Shown here piece by piece: positions 34,918 to 46,859 of a stretch of 64,000 nucleotides of DNA (position 1 is its first letter; every line of letters begins with the position of its first letter). The translations under genes were made by a program, and so were the position numbers. A model generated the notes under the pieces. The model worked only from the letters and a program-made list of their open reading frames with translations, searched no databases and had not been told where the DNA came from. This stretch comes from Catajapyx aquilonaris (taxonomy: Eukaryota). Where the stretch lies: positions 1 to 64,000 of the forward strand of contig KZ538565.1 in assembly GCA_000934665.2 (NCBI GenBank), written 5' to 3'.

Positions 34918-35427
34918 TATATAAAACCTGATCTTCACTCATTCTGGATAAGTGACACTGACATTTTTACAGATCATATGATCCTTTCTTGCAGTCGTCA
35001 CGGGTTATGATCCTTGTAGTTTTTACGGATCATATGATCCTAATGTTCAAATTCTTACTTTTTTTGTCCCCTTTTCCAGCTTTTTTGGAGGTCTTTACAG
35101 TGGTAATTGCTACTTATCCATCCAAGTCACGTTTTTTGTTCCTTCGATGTGGAGCAACCCCTTCCATATTTTTTGCGCTCGCTGCGTTTTTTTCTGCCCT
35201 AAAGCCTAATAAGCGAGCGTGTAAAATCATAGAGCGTGAAACTTGTTTGCTCCCAATATTCTCTCGCAGAAAAAAGGGGGTAATTAAATTTGTCATCAGC
35301 GTAAGAAAGTGTCATTTACATCACTTTGATCATGATATCCATCATTGTAGGGTCAATTAGTTGTTTCATTGACAAATAAATGGCCTGAGTTGCCTGAAAC
35401 CGAACACAATTGGTCACAACATCCTGA

Positions 35428-35792
35428 CAGGGAGCATATACTACATAAGAGGCGCAAACATTCGATTTCCGCGTCTCTCTGTTTGGGGCGTTGCCAAGGC
35501 TGGCGGCCATCTTGAAGTGTGGGGAACGCCAACGAGGTATAAATAGAGTACAGGCAAAAATAGGGTCCCCATCATTGATTCGCGCGTGTTCTTGCCGTGT
35601 AGTTGCCATGGCCGCCAAAACCATCAAAGATTGCGGACCCTATTTTTGTCTGTACCCTATTTATACCTCGTTGGCGTTCCCCACACTTCAAGATGGCCGC
35701 CAGCCTTGGCAACGGCCCCAAACAGAAAGACGCGAACATCAAAGGCGCCGACAGAAGTTTGCGCCTCTTATGTAGTATAATTATGCTTCCTG
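35428..35792 (-). mobile_element. Second foldback MITE with 7-bp TSD (P/Galileo-like), inverted
   Basis: Same family as 31913-32281. TSD ATCCTGA at 35421-27 and 35793-99. Confidence 0.85.
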
Positions 35793-36454
35793 ATCCTGAT
35801 CACAAACAGAACACACTATCCACAACATCCTGATCATAAACAGAAGATTCATTTTTTTCATTTTTTTATATTGTTAAAATTCATTAGGGTGTACCAACAA
35901 TGAACTAGAAGTACGGACCAATTAGGGAAAAGTACGAAGTTTAGCTCCAATAAAAGCTCATCGAGGCAGGAGTGATTTTGAATGTTGCGACAAAAGTCTT
36001 TTGTTAGGGTAAGCCAAGCGTGTGCGGGGAGAAACTTTCTCCCCTCGAGTTTCTATTGGCTGAGAGGGAAAGTGAAGGGGGTGGGGGGGGGTGGGTAAAA
36101 CCCGAGGTAAAACCGCTTTTACGCACAATTTCCCGAAAGTCCGCTTGTTTTTGTTTGTCGCAAGCGAGTCTAACTGCGATAAGAGCTTTTCCCAACTTTG
36201 TGATGAATAGTCTAAAGTTTGATTGGAGCGGGCTACAAACTTGAGAATAGTGGAAATAGTGGAAATAGTGTGATTATGCTATCCAAATTTAGGTATATAA
36301 ATTACAATGGAAAATTAGCAAAGCCACAATAACGTTCGTTGCGGCGCACATGACCGACAGTTGGCGTATACAATCCCACAATATGCGCCCAATAATATTT
36401 ATTAATTAAATTTAATGAACTAATATTTTAAGAATTAAAGATGAAGGGCAGAAA

Positions 36455-36730
36455 TGACCGTGGGCGGCCCCGGAGAGGAGAGAGTTTGTGTCAGTGTCAT
36501 CTGCATGGGTTTGGGGTGACTGCACCTGTATTGTCATTCTTTGTCCATGCCAGGCACTGTAGGTCAAATTTTCCGAGCGTATTAATTAAAATGAATTATT
36601 AAAATTAAGAGGGGAAATGCAGCCTACCTTGCCTGGCGTGGACAAAAAATGGACAATACAGGTTCGGCCACTCAAAAGCTACACAGCTGACACTAACACA
36701 AACTGTCTCCGCCCCGGGGTCGCCCAGGGA
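36455..36730. repeat. Degenerate inverted repeat
   Basis: GGGCGGCCCCGG..AGTTTGTGTCAGTGTCA..CCTGTATTGTC..TTTGTCCATGCCAGGCA is mirrored by TGCCTGGCGTGGACAAA..GACAATACAGG..TGACACTAACACAAACT..CCGGGGTCGCCC. Confidence 0.7.
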
Positions 36731-37357
36731 GCTCAAAAATGCGTTTCTGACTGATAAACTTTTTAAATGTGATTAAATTAAGTTAAATAGTATATTATTT
36801 GACATTATTCATACTCATACACATACGTTGACTTTGCCATACTTTGACGGCGTTTCTCACATGAGGTGCACTCTACAATCTATGTACCCAGAGCATTATG
36901 CAAATGAGCCCCGCCTCTCCCCCCCTTCCCTCTACCCTCTATGCAAAAAAGAGACCGTGGGGGGGGGGGGGGTGGACGAACCTTCATTACACAAACCAAC
37001 TTGACAAAGCTGATCCCCAGGCATGGGGCAGTGGGACTATGCAAATTGCCACCGATAACACTAATAAAATGCAGTCATGCGCGACCTGACTGGCGTAATA
37101 ACGACCACCGCCCACCAGATTACTCTAAACGTTATTGGTCCAACCGGAGGTCAATCGTTCATTTGGCCAAACCCAACTCCCTGTGCACTGATTCCCCGTG
37201 TATTGTGGCTTACCACACTCGGGTATGACAGCAGTCAAAATCTGGTACAATATCACTTGTCGGTGGTATCATCTGTATGGCGAGTGGCCGCACCAGTGTT
37301 GTCCGTCGGCCCTGCCAGGCACGGTCTTGTAGCCTTGCCAGCTTTGGACCTTGTGGC

Positions 37358-37933
37358 TATGGATGTGCGATATTTCGATACATCGATTGTCGATATGATA
37401 TTTTCATAATATCGAAGTTGCGATATCCGACGCTTGGCATGTGCCATGTATCGTATATCGCGATTTTTCGATGTCGGTTCGAGTCGATTTTTTTGATTTT
37501 CGATATATCGACTTCGATACGATATTTTCCTAATATCGAAGTTGCGACATCCACGCTTGGCATGTGCGATGTATCGAATATCGCGATTTTTCGATGTCGG
37601 TTCGAGTCGATTTTTTGATTTTCGATATATCGACTTCGATACGATATTTTCCTAATATCGAAGTTGCGATATCCGACGCTTGTCATGTACGATGTATCGA
37701 ATATCGCAATTTTTCGATGTCGGTTCGAATCGGTTTTTTAATTTTCGATATATTGACTTCGATACGATATTTTCCTAATATCGAAGTTGCGATATCCCAC
37801 GCTTGGCATGTACGATGTATCGAATATAGCAATTTTTCGATGTCGGTTCGAGTCAGTTCTTCGATTTTCGATATATCGACTTCGATGCGATTATCGAAAG
37901 TCGATATGCAATTTCGGATATCGCACAGCCCTA
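37358..37933. mobile_element. hAT-like MITE (8-bp TSD) with four ~123-bp TCGA-rich internal repeats
   Basis: Ends TATGGATGTGCGATAT and ATATCGCACAGCCCTA. TSD CTTGTGGC at 37350-57 and 37934-41. Units at 37411, 37535, 37657 and 37780. Confidence 0.9.
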
Positions 37934-38369
37934 CTTGTGGCCCTGTCCGATGATTTTAATTAATTTCTATAGTATCAGGGTCCCCTTATTGTTGGTTCTG
38001 TATCTCTCAACAGCAGCGACTCCCGTGTGAACCTCCCTCGATTGTCCCTTTTTCTGCCTCGGGGCGGTTGGCCCTCAACTTGCCCGCCGGGGTCAACCTC
38101 TAATGGATTTTCTCCGCCAGACGGAGTAATTTGGGGCTGTCCGGAGGCTCCGGGGACCATCCATCACCTGGCCATTTATTAGCCAGAGCGGTACAGTGCC
38201 GCCTGGAATTTTGGCCAACCTTCAAAAAAAAAACCTCTAGGGAGGAACTCAACTTGATGTCAGAAAGTGGTCGGTTAGACGTGTCTGGGTCAATTAGAAG
38301 TCACCAGACAGGTCGAAATATGTGGTACATACATGAGGAACAAAATTGATCCTGGGAAAAACATACCAA

Positions 38370-39350
38370 ATACCTGATTGTATCGATCAACACATCGCCG
38401 ATAATTCATAAATGGATGATTGTATCGATGAAAAATTGTGAATAGATCGAAATATATGGTAGTATCGAACAGCTCATCTATAGTTCAAAAATGGATGGTA
38501 GTATCGATTAAAACTATGATCGTATCTATTAACAAACGTCGTCGATAGTTCAAAAATTAATTATTGTATCGATCAAAAAAGATTGGCAAATCACGTGAAA
38601 GTGATTAGAGTAGACTTTTTCATGTTTACTGCTATTGCCCCCAACTTCAGTCACGGTACTGGGAGGCAGGAAAAGGTGATCTAGGGGAGGGGGCGGTGGG
38701 GGAACCGGGGGGTCAGGGGGAAAGGGACGGTCTGGGGAGAATGGGAGGTCAGGGGGCGGGGGCGGTAGGGGGCGGGAGCAGCCAGGGGGTATGGGCGAAT
38801 AGAGTGAACCCGGAACCCGAAAATAGAAAAAGTATTATAGCATGGCTCTGTCTGTCTGTCTGTCTGTCTGATGCCTGTCCACAGACAGACAGATAAAGCC
38901 GTAAGACTTTTTTCTTCGAAAAAGTCTAAAATAGTGAATCGATCAAAATAACATATGGTCGTATCGATCATCTCATAGTAGATCGTTCAAAAATGGACGT
39001 TTTTATTTCTTAAATAGTGAATCAGTCAAAATATATGGTAGTAACAGTATATCATCTATAGTTCAAACATGTACGATTGTATCGATCAAATATAGTGAAT
39101 CGGTGAAAACATATGATCGTGTCGATCCACACATGATCGATAGTTCAAAATTGGATGTTTGTATCGATCAAAACTATTATCACATCGATCAACACGTCGC
39201 GCGTCGTAGAGAGTTCAAAAACTCATGGATGTATCGAGCAAAAATCGAGAATCGAGCAAAACCGTACATCGTTCAAAAATTGATGATCGTATCGATCAAG
39301 ATGATTCTGATGAGAACTAAACAGATCAAATTATGATCCTGGAATAAAAA
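38370..39350. repeat. Degenerate GTATCGATC array, interrupted at 38612-38912
   Basis: ATGATCGTATCGATCAA..ATAGTTCAAAAATGGA units. Same family at 41030-41810 and 42530-43130. Confidence 0.75.
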
Positions 39351-39809
39351 TTGCGATCAGTTGATTCTTAGATCAAAATTGTGATCACTCCCTGATGAAA
39401 TAGTGAATCGTCCAATCCGAAGCTTGATCCTCACTCTTCCAGCAGAGGCCGTCTTGCGCCCGCAAGGCCCTCTTCTGGCCTTCAGTATGTACTTGTAGTT
39501 GACCGCTTTATGAGGCAGGGGGAGACGTACTGTAGAAGCAGGGGTGGGGAGGCCATTAGAACCCCCCAAAGTGCGCAGCCAACGATTTTCAATATCTGGA
39601 GATGTGCCTCTTCTCTCGGGTGCTTCTGACCGAGCCTCATCTCGTTAGGGCTCCCAAACTACTCAGGCCTCTTATCTTCATGTGGATGCCTGCCGGGAGA
39701 GGGCTATAGGTTTGCACAAGAGCGCCATCTACTTTCGGTCGAATCCATAAGAATTGGAGGGGAGAACCATGCTAAAGGGGGCGCTTACCAGGAGATTGTG
39801 GTGAACGCA

Positions 39810-40405
39810 AAATGTCACGGTCCGTCACGAAATGTCACGGTCCGTCACGGATGCAAGTACTGATTTCTTTGAGCTGTTGTGAATTTTAACATAGCAAAGT
39901 ACTGGAATTTTTGTGAATTTTTCACCGAATCAGTCATTATGTCACGGCCCGTCATGGTCTGTCACGAAAGCATGTCGGTATGGTATGGATTAGTTGGCAA
40001 AGTGCTGGAATTTTATGAATTTTTAGCCAATCAGCTATTGTCACGGTCCGTAACGAAATGTCACGGTTCGTCACGGAAGTAAATGCTGATATCTTGGGCT
40101 GTTGTGAATTTTAACCTAGTAAAGTGATTGGATGTTTATGAATTTTTCACCGAATCAGTCATGATGTCACGGCCAGTCACTGAAGCATGTCGGTCTGTTG
40201 TGGATTAGTTGGTTGATTTTATGAACTTCTCACCCAATCAGCCATTGACATTGATATTTTTATGTCACGGTCCGTCACGGAAGCTACAGCAAAGGAATGA
40301 GGAGTATTCGAAACTGTCAGTGATTTCCTGTTGTTTGTGGTGCACGCAAGGTTTCAACATGGTGTCACGGCCAGTGGCGAAATGTCACGGTCCGTCACGA
40401 ACTCC
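39810..40405. repeat. TGTCACGGTCCGTCACG degenerate array
   Basis: The motif recurs more than 8 times, with a ~230-bp higher-order duplication. Confidence 0.8.
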
Positions 40406-41029
40406 TTAATATACATTTTGTTTATCGTAGAGTTTGTACCGGTTTGTGCTGACAAAATGTGATAATTATCATCAATATATCACAAACCCAGCTTTACACC
40501 ACCTGCACTTCACGCCAAAACACCGCATCTGTGGTGTCAAATTACATCGGATGCTCTAAGCTCCCCGAATTGTTCCAAACATACTCCCACTTTTTGTTTG
40601 TCCCACCCTATTGTCCCTCTCCATTTGACTGATCCCCGCCCCCTTCTCTCTCCCCCTTGAACCGGATCAAAAGAATCGGTTTTTGCGCTAAACTTTTTGC
40701 CAGCAGAGTGGGAAAAAGGGCGCTGTACAATGACCCCAAGCAAGCTCTCTCTCCTCCCCCTCCTCCTCCCCTCCCATAAAAAGGCCCCCCTCCTCCTCCT
40801 CTCCCCTCACGGCCACGCCCACCGATCGATCCTTCCAATAGTAAAACGCCATCACTTTTCCAACAGTTTTCCACCTTCCACATGGATGTTTTTGTCGATC
40901 GGTCGTAGCTGTGTTGGGACGAGGTGGAAGATTAAAATTGAACCTGAGATCAGTTGAACCGTGATCACTTGATCCTGATTTACTTGAACTGAGATCAGGT
41001 GAACCTGAATTAGTTGATTTGAGATCAGA

Positions 41030-41810
41030 ATCGATCAGAAATAGTGAATCGATGAAAATATGGATACTATCGATCAACTCATTTTAGAAAGTCAAGAAAT
41101 GGACGATTGTATCGATAAAAATCGCGAATCCATCAAAATTTGTGATCGTATCGATGAGCATATCGCGAATAAAAGTAAACATATGATAGTATCGATGAGC
41201 ATATCGCGAATAAAAGTAAACATATGATCGTATCGATGAGCATATCGAGAATAAAAGTAAACATATGATGGTATCGATGAAGAGATCGTCGGTAGTTCAA
41301 AAATGGACGATTGCATCGATCAAAATAGTAACTCGTTCTAAATACCTGATCGCATATGCGATCACTATATCGTCAATAGTTCAAAATTTGCGATTCTAAA
41401 CATCAAAAAATTGTGAATAGGTCAAAATTTGTGATCGTATCGATAAACACATTGTCGATAGTTGAAAAATGAACTATATTGTATCGATCAAAATAGTGAC
41501 TCGCTCTAAATATCCGATTGTATAGATCCATATGTCGCCCATAGTTCAAAGTTTGCGATTGTAAACATCAAAATTAGTGAAATTTGAGATGGTATCGATC
41601 AACATATTGCGAATAGATCAGAATATATGATCGTATCGATGAACACATCGTCTATTGTTCAAAAGTTGACGATTACCTCGATCAAAATAGCAACTCGTTC
41701 TAAATATCTGATTGTATCGAATAGTTCAAAAATTTATATTCTAAACATGAAAAATTGTGCATCAATCACGTGATGGTATCGATGAACAGACTGTCGATAG
41801 TTCAAATGTT
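41030..41810. repeat. Degenerate GTATCGAT array
   Basis: ~40-bp units, including three near-identical GTATCGATGAGCATATCG(C/A)GAATAAAAGTAAACATATGAT. Confidence 0.85.
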
Positions 41811-42529
41811 CAGTGGGTAACCAGTTTGAGCTCTGATTGGTCAACAATGAGTCATCGACTCTCCAATACTATTATCAATCACCCCCACCCCTATGTAACC
41901 CGACACCCCCTAAGGATAACTGTCACCAACTGTCACTCTAAATGAACCCCCATCCCATGATTGGTCTAATAGGACTTGTTACTCCGCCCACTTTTTCTCT
42001 AGTTTTAAATACACACTCAACATCAAAGGATGCGCCTAATATCCTTTATACAGGCGGTACAGGCATGAGGGGGAGGGCTGTATTTTTTGTGTACCAGTAA
42101 TTGCATAACTTTGCTCCTCCCCCCTTCCCTTGAGGCTCCTCCTTTCCCCCACAGTGCCCCCGTTTTTGCTCGGCTTCCTTTTATTAATTTGATCGATCGG
42201 TTGATTTCCGGAAAGTTCACTCGACGGAGTCTCCCTCTTGATTAACTTCTAAGCATTTTGCAAAGTTTTGGCATGGCGCGGGGAGGAGGGGAGGCGGAAA
42301 CTGCCAGAGTGGGGAGAGGCTGAGAGGGGAGAGAGAGTTTTACTTTATATTGGAGTTGAATTATGGAAGGAATGTTGGATGCAGACGTTTACAAAGGGAG
42401 CGGGCGCGTGCCAGATGGAGCTGTGTTCGCTCGCAGAATAACTGCATTATAAGGGGAGCGAGTGGTTGATGGATTAGTGGCGACAGGGTAAGGGACCAGG
42501 CTGAGAGAGGCGATCATGTGGTCGAAACC

Positions 42530-43130
42530 GATACAACCGCAAGTGTTGAAAATCGACGGTTATATTCGATTATAGTATGGATCGAAAACTGACGATCGTA
42601 TCGATAAAATGCGCATCGATGAAAATGGCTGATGGTATCGATCGACACAGCGGTTGTTCAAAGTGACCGATTGTATCGATTAAACAGCGATTCAGCTCAA
42701 TCGTGCCCTTTTCAAAACAATAATGATCGTATCGATCAACAAGTCTAGAATTCAGGTAATAACGATTGTATCTATCAACAATGATGAAATTGTCAAAGTG
42801 TATGATAGTATCGATCAAACATTCCTTCGAAATTGTTCAAAAATGGGGTATTGTATCGTTCAAAAACAGCTAATGGATCTAAATATATGATAGTATTGAT
42901 CAACACATCACCTACAGTCCAGAAATGGACGATTTATCGATAGAAAATTGTCTGTGTCGATCAAAATATATTGTGGATCGTTCAAGTAAAAAATGAATGA
43001 TAGTAGCCTACCGATAAAAATTGTGGATCAGCCAATTAAATGAATGATAGTATCGATCAAAATTGTGGATCAGCCCATTTAAATGAATGATAGTATCGAT
43101 CAAAATTGTGGATTAATCAAGTAAAACACG
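42530..43130. repeat. Degenerate GTATCGAT array
   Basis: Same core as 38370-39350 and 41030-41810. Confidence 0.75.
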
Positions 43131-43889
43131 TGATATATCATGAAACAAATTGTCTGGTAGCTCTTATTTTGTTAACCAATAGGAAAAGGCCCCTAGACAA
43201 AAGCGGAGAGACGAAAAAACCCATCCCAGCAGTTTCCTTAATGGCGTAACAAATGCGCCTTCAGTTCCCCACAGGCATGTAGGCCTATCTGATCTTCCTT
43301 GAGAAAAAAAGTGTTATCCCCGTAATGGATACCAGTCTCATCAGAGAAGGGGGCGGAGTAGTATCAGGCCACAAAGATGCTCAAGAGACTCCATTTTTCA
43401 CAGCTGCGACCTACCATAGAATCTTAGTTGTCTCATTTTTCATCCAGAGTTGGGGGTATACGCAGTATTTCCCCTTGAGGTGTAGTGTGTACCGGTACCC
43501 AGTGTGTACATGTGTGTACTACCCTACACCCGGTATCGATCCTAGAACCAAATGAGCTGGTCCCAGGCCCTCATTTGGGGCCAGGAACCCGCCCCACTCT
43601 AGCATGCATGGCCGCTCTCCATACCTTGTGCCTGCCTGCCATACAGTTTATGTACGCTACATGTGAGGCCTACATTATGCATACCCCCTACCCCTGCTTG
43701 CATAGGTGAAAGGAGTGCAGCCATGCACATTTCAAGTCGACTGTGATGGGAATACCGATTCGGTGCACCGGTTTTGTCTGAATGGTGCGTACCCATCTGT
43801 AGTACCGTACGTACCTTTTGAGTCAGAATTGACTTGGGAGTAGGTTCAGAGTAGCCTGACCCAAGGCTGTTAGAGAAGTTAGTTCAAAC

Positions 43890-44675
43890 CATGATTGTAG
43901 CCTCCACCACAGTCCTGTAGACAAACATAGGGAGGTTGGCCCAGCATTGCTTCTCAACCTCCTATGATAGGGAAGGAAGGAAGCGGCTGTGGCCTATTAT
44001 ACGGAAGCGACCCCGGAATTATCCTAGAAATACCGTGGAAAACCACAGAAAACCACGGCCAGGGTTGCCGGCCCCGGGATTCGAACCCAGGACCTCCAGA
44101 TTAGCAGTCGGACGCCTTATCCACCATGCCAACCTGCTTCGGTCCTCTACCAGGTACTGTAGACAAACCATGCAGCCTCAACCAGTCCTGTAACAAGCAA
44201 TGTATCCGTCACAAAGCCTCTAACGAACAATGTAGCCTGCACAAGGTCTCTAACAAACCGTATAGCCTCCACCAGGCCTTTAGACAAACCATGTAGCCTC
44301 CACGAGTCATGTAACAAGCAATATAGCCTCTACCAGGCCTGTAGACAAACCGTGTAGCCTCCACCAGGCCTGTAGACAAACCATGTAGCCTCTACCAGGT
44401 CATGTAGACAAACCGTGTAGCCTCTCCCAGGCGTCTAACAAGTAATGTAGCCTTCACATGGCCTGTCGGCAAACCACGTAGACTCCACAAGGCCTGGAGA
44501 CAAACCATGTAGCCTCTCCCAGGCTCTTACGAACAATGTAGGCTCCATACGGCCCATAATAAACAAACCATGTACCCTCCACAAGGTCTCTAACTAGCAA
44601 TATAGCCACCACCAGGCTTCTGACAAACAATGACTAGCCTCTACCAGGTCCTCTAGACAAACAGTGTAGCCTCGT
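43890..44675. repeat. ~30-bp minisatellite TGTAGCCTCCACCAGGCCTGTAGACAAACC
   Basis: About 18 copies, with a SINE inserted near the left end. Confidence 0.9.
43965..44143 (-). mobile_element. tRNA-derived SINE (family S3) with a tRNA-Ser(GCT)-like head
   Basis: Minus strand reads TGGCATGGTGGATAAGGCGTCCGACTGCTAATCTGGAGGTCCTGGGTTCGAATCCC, then GTGGTTTTCTGTGGTTTTCC..TAGGCCACAGCCGCTTCCTTCC. From recall, this resembles the central domain of Lm1-type insect SINEs. Confidence 0.8.
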
Positions 44676-45334
44676 CACACCCACACCTTTCGTAAACGAT
44701 TACTCGCCCATCAGGAGAGTAAATAGACTCCACACTTCCAACACTTATACTTCCATACCTCTTGTTGCTTCTGGCAAACGGGCCAAAAAATCTTTTGAAG
44801 TTTTGGCGTCCACACCAATTTTTGCGGTACCGCGGTCGGTTTGGGGATCGGCCAAACCCAATCAGGCTTTTCAAAGCCTCCATATATCCCCTCGTAAGTT
44901 ATTGGCGAACTTGTTGGAAGCAACGCTCTCCTTTGTCGACACCCGGATAAGCGATAGGGCAGCTTTCCAAACCGTTAACGAGCCTGTTGATAGGCATCAA
45001 AACGGGTACAAAAATACTGCAACTGCAGGATATGTGCAACTGAAGACAAGTCTACCGCATTGGATCAAAAGAAAAGCTTAGGGTGCTGAAGGGGGTGGCA
45101 TCGGGTGGATTTCTCGATTTTCTGAGGAGCAGAGGCGGAAACGGCAGCGGAAGAAAGGCAAGAGAGGCGTATACATCACTCTGACAAGCAATCCCGTCGG
45201 CAGACTCTGTGTGCCCACTTCAACCCAACAGAAATTTGCTGAGATGTTCCTGCTTGGGTGAACCGTCCTTTAGCGTATAAACTTAGAAAAGGATTTTTCC
45301 TCTTAAGGTATTAGGTAACTCAGAGCCGCCTTTG

Positions 45335-46475
45335 CTCCAGGTCCGTCTGACCCGTGGGATGCTATAGCATTCTCACTCTTCCTACAACAGTCAAGCGACA
45401 GACCCTTAAGGTCTTACGGTCTCCTGGTAGTGTAGGTGTAGCTGCTAGGGACATTGGGCAGAAGACTGTCTCAAAGATCTGTCGCTTAAAGGGACACTCC
45501 ACTCAAAATGCAAGTTGGGCTTTAAAAATCGGGCAAAAAATCCTGATTCCGAAGGTTCGATCGGTTTTTTTTCCATGCGGAACGGAAAAGCCAGGACGAG
45601 GCGTTATAGAGTCACAGAATTTGCGTCGTCTGCTAGTTGCCCCTCCAGTCCACTCCGCCTCCGCCGCGATAGCCGCCACCGGGTACTAGGGTCGTCACGG
45701 TCGTGGGTCGGGATGAAGCTGTGGCAGAGACCAAAGATGGCGTCGATCAGACATGGCGCGACCTTAAGCCAATTTTTGCCAAGTCCCGGGGGAGGCGCTG
45801 CTGTTGTGCGGCAGATACGAATTGCGGAATTTTGACGGCTCGCCCTGGCCTTACCGTTCGTCTCTAAGAAAAACTGCTTATACCCTCATATTCATGATTT
45901 TTTGCCCTATCTTTAGAGTCCAACTTGTATTTTGAGTGGACTGTCCCTTTAACTACTGTAGGAAGTGAGAGAATCTGGATACAGCCCATGGGTCAGAGAG
46001 ACCTATAACAGCAAGAGACCAAACCTCAATGGCATATGGCTTGACCATGGCAAGAAATGAGAAAATCCAGCCACAACCCATGTGCCCGACTAGCCCCCCG
46101 CAACTCCCTATCTAGCCATACGAGGAGGGAGTTGCGCGACCTAAGTAATAGGCCGTGGGTCCGACGGATCTGTAACAGCAGGAGACAGACCTCGCCGCTT
46201 GACCAATGAAGGAAGTGAGAGAATCCTGACGCAACCAATGGGTCAGAGAGACCTGTAACAGCAGTAGGACCTGAAGGGTATGTCGCTTGACTACTGTAGG
46301 AAGTGAGAGAATCATGAGACAACCCATGGGTCAGACAGAACTGCAACAGCAGTAAGACCTCAAGGGTCTGTCGCTTGACCAGTACAGGAAGTGAGAAAAT
46401 CATGAGACAGCCCATGGGTCAGACAAAACTGCAACATCAGGAGATTGTAAAATCTCAACGGTAAGACCTCAAGAG
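45335..46475. repeat. ~80-bp degenerate satellite with one inverted unit
   Basis: TGTCGCTTGACTACTGTAGGAAGTGAGAGAATC..CCCATGGGTCAGA units at 45950-46470. A reverse-oriented unit lies at 45340-45425. Confidence 0.8.
45490..45948. mobile_element. Kolobok-like MITE (TTAA TSD)
   Basis: TIRs AGGGACACTCCACTCAAAATGCAAGTTGG and CCAACTTGTATTTTGAGTGGACTGTCCCT. TTAA at 45486-89 and 45949-52. AGG termini fit Kolobok better than piggyBac (CCC). Confidence 0.85.
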
Positions 46476-46859
46476 CACCTTAGAGGCACACTCAACAACC
46501 AGCGGGTCAGTGTCACACCCCAATCAGTCTCACTAACTCATGATTGTTCTCTAAAATTGGCCCAGCTCGTCATCCATAATGCAGGATACAATCCCTCCGC
46601 CCATTTCACAGGGCTGAAACACGGCCATTGTTTTGTGTTGAACCGGACGAAAAAAAGAAACAAGAGAGGGCGCTCGCTGGTTGGGGGCTTCGGGGAGGCC
46701 CCAAATCCCATTATCCGTGGCAAGTGGCATGGGACACAGCTCATTCTGGTCCGAAGGGGGGACCCACAAAAGCACCTATTGAGTGCAGCTGCTGTCGGCA
46801 GACTTCACTTCCCCTCCAGATGACATGTCCCGAGCAGGGGGATACCGGGTTGTTTTTCC

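Noticed and set aside
44653..44883. 76-aa minus-strand ORF with an ATG start
   Set aside because: No recognisable family, it runs into a minisatellite, and there is no supporting gene structure.
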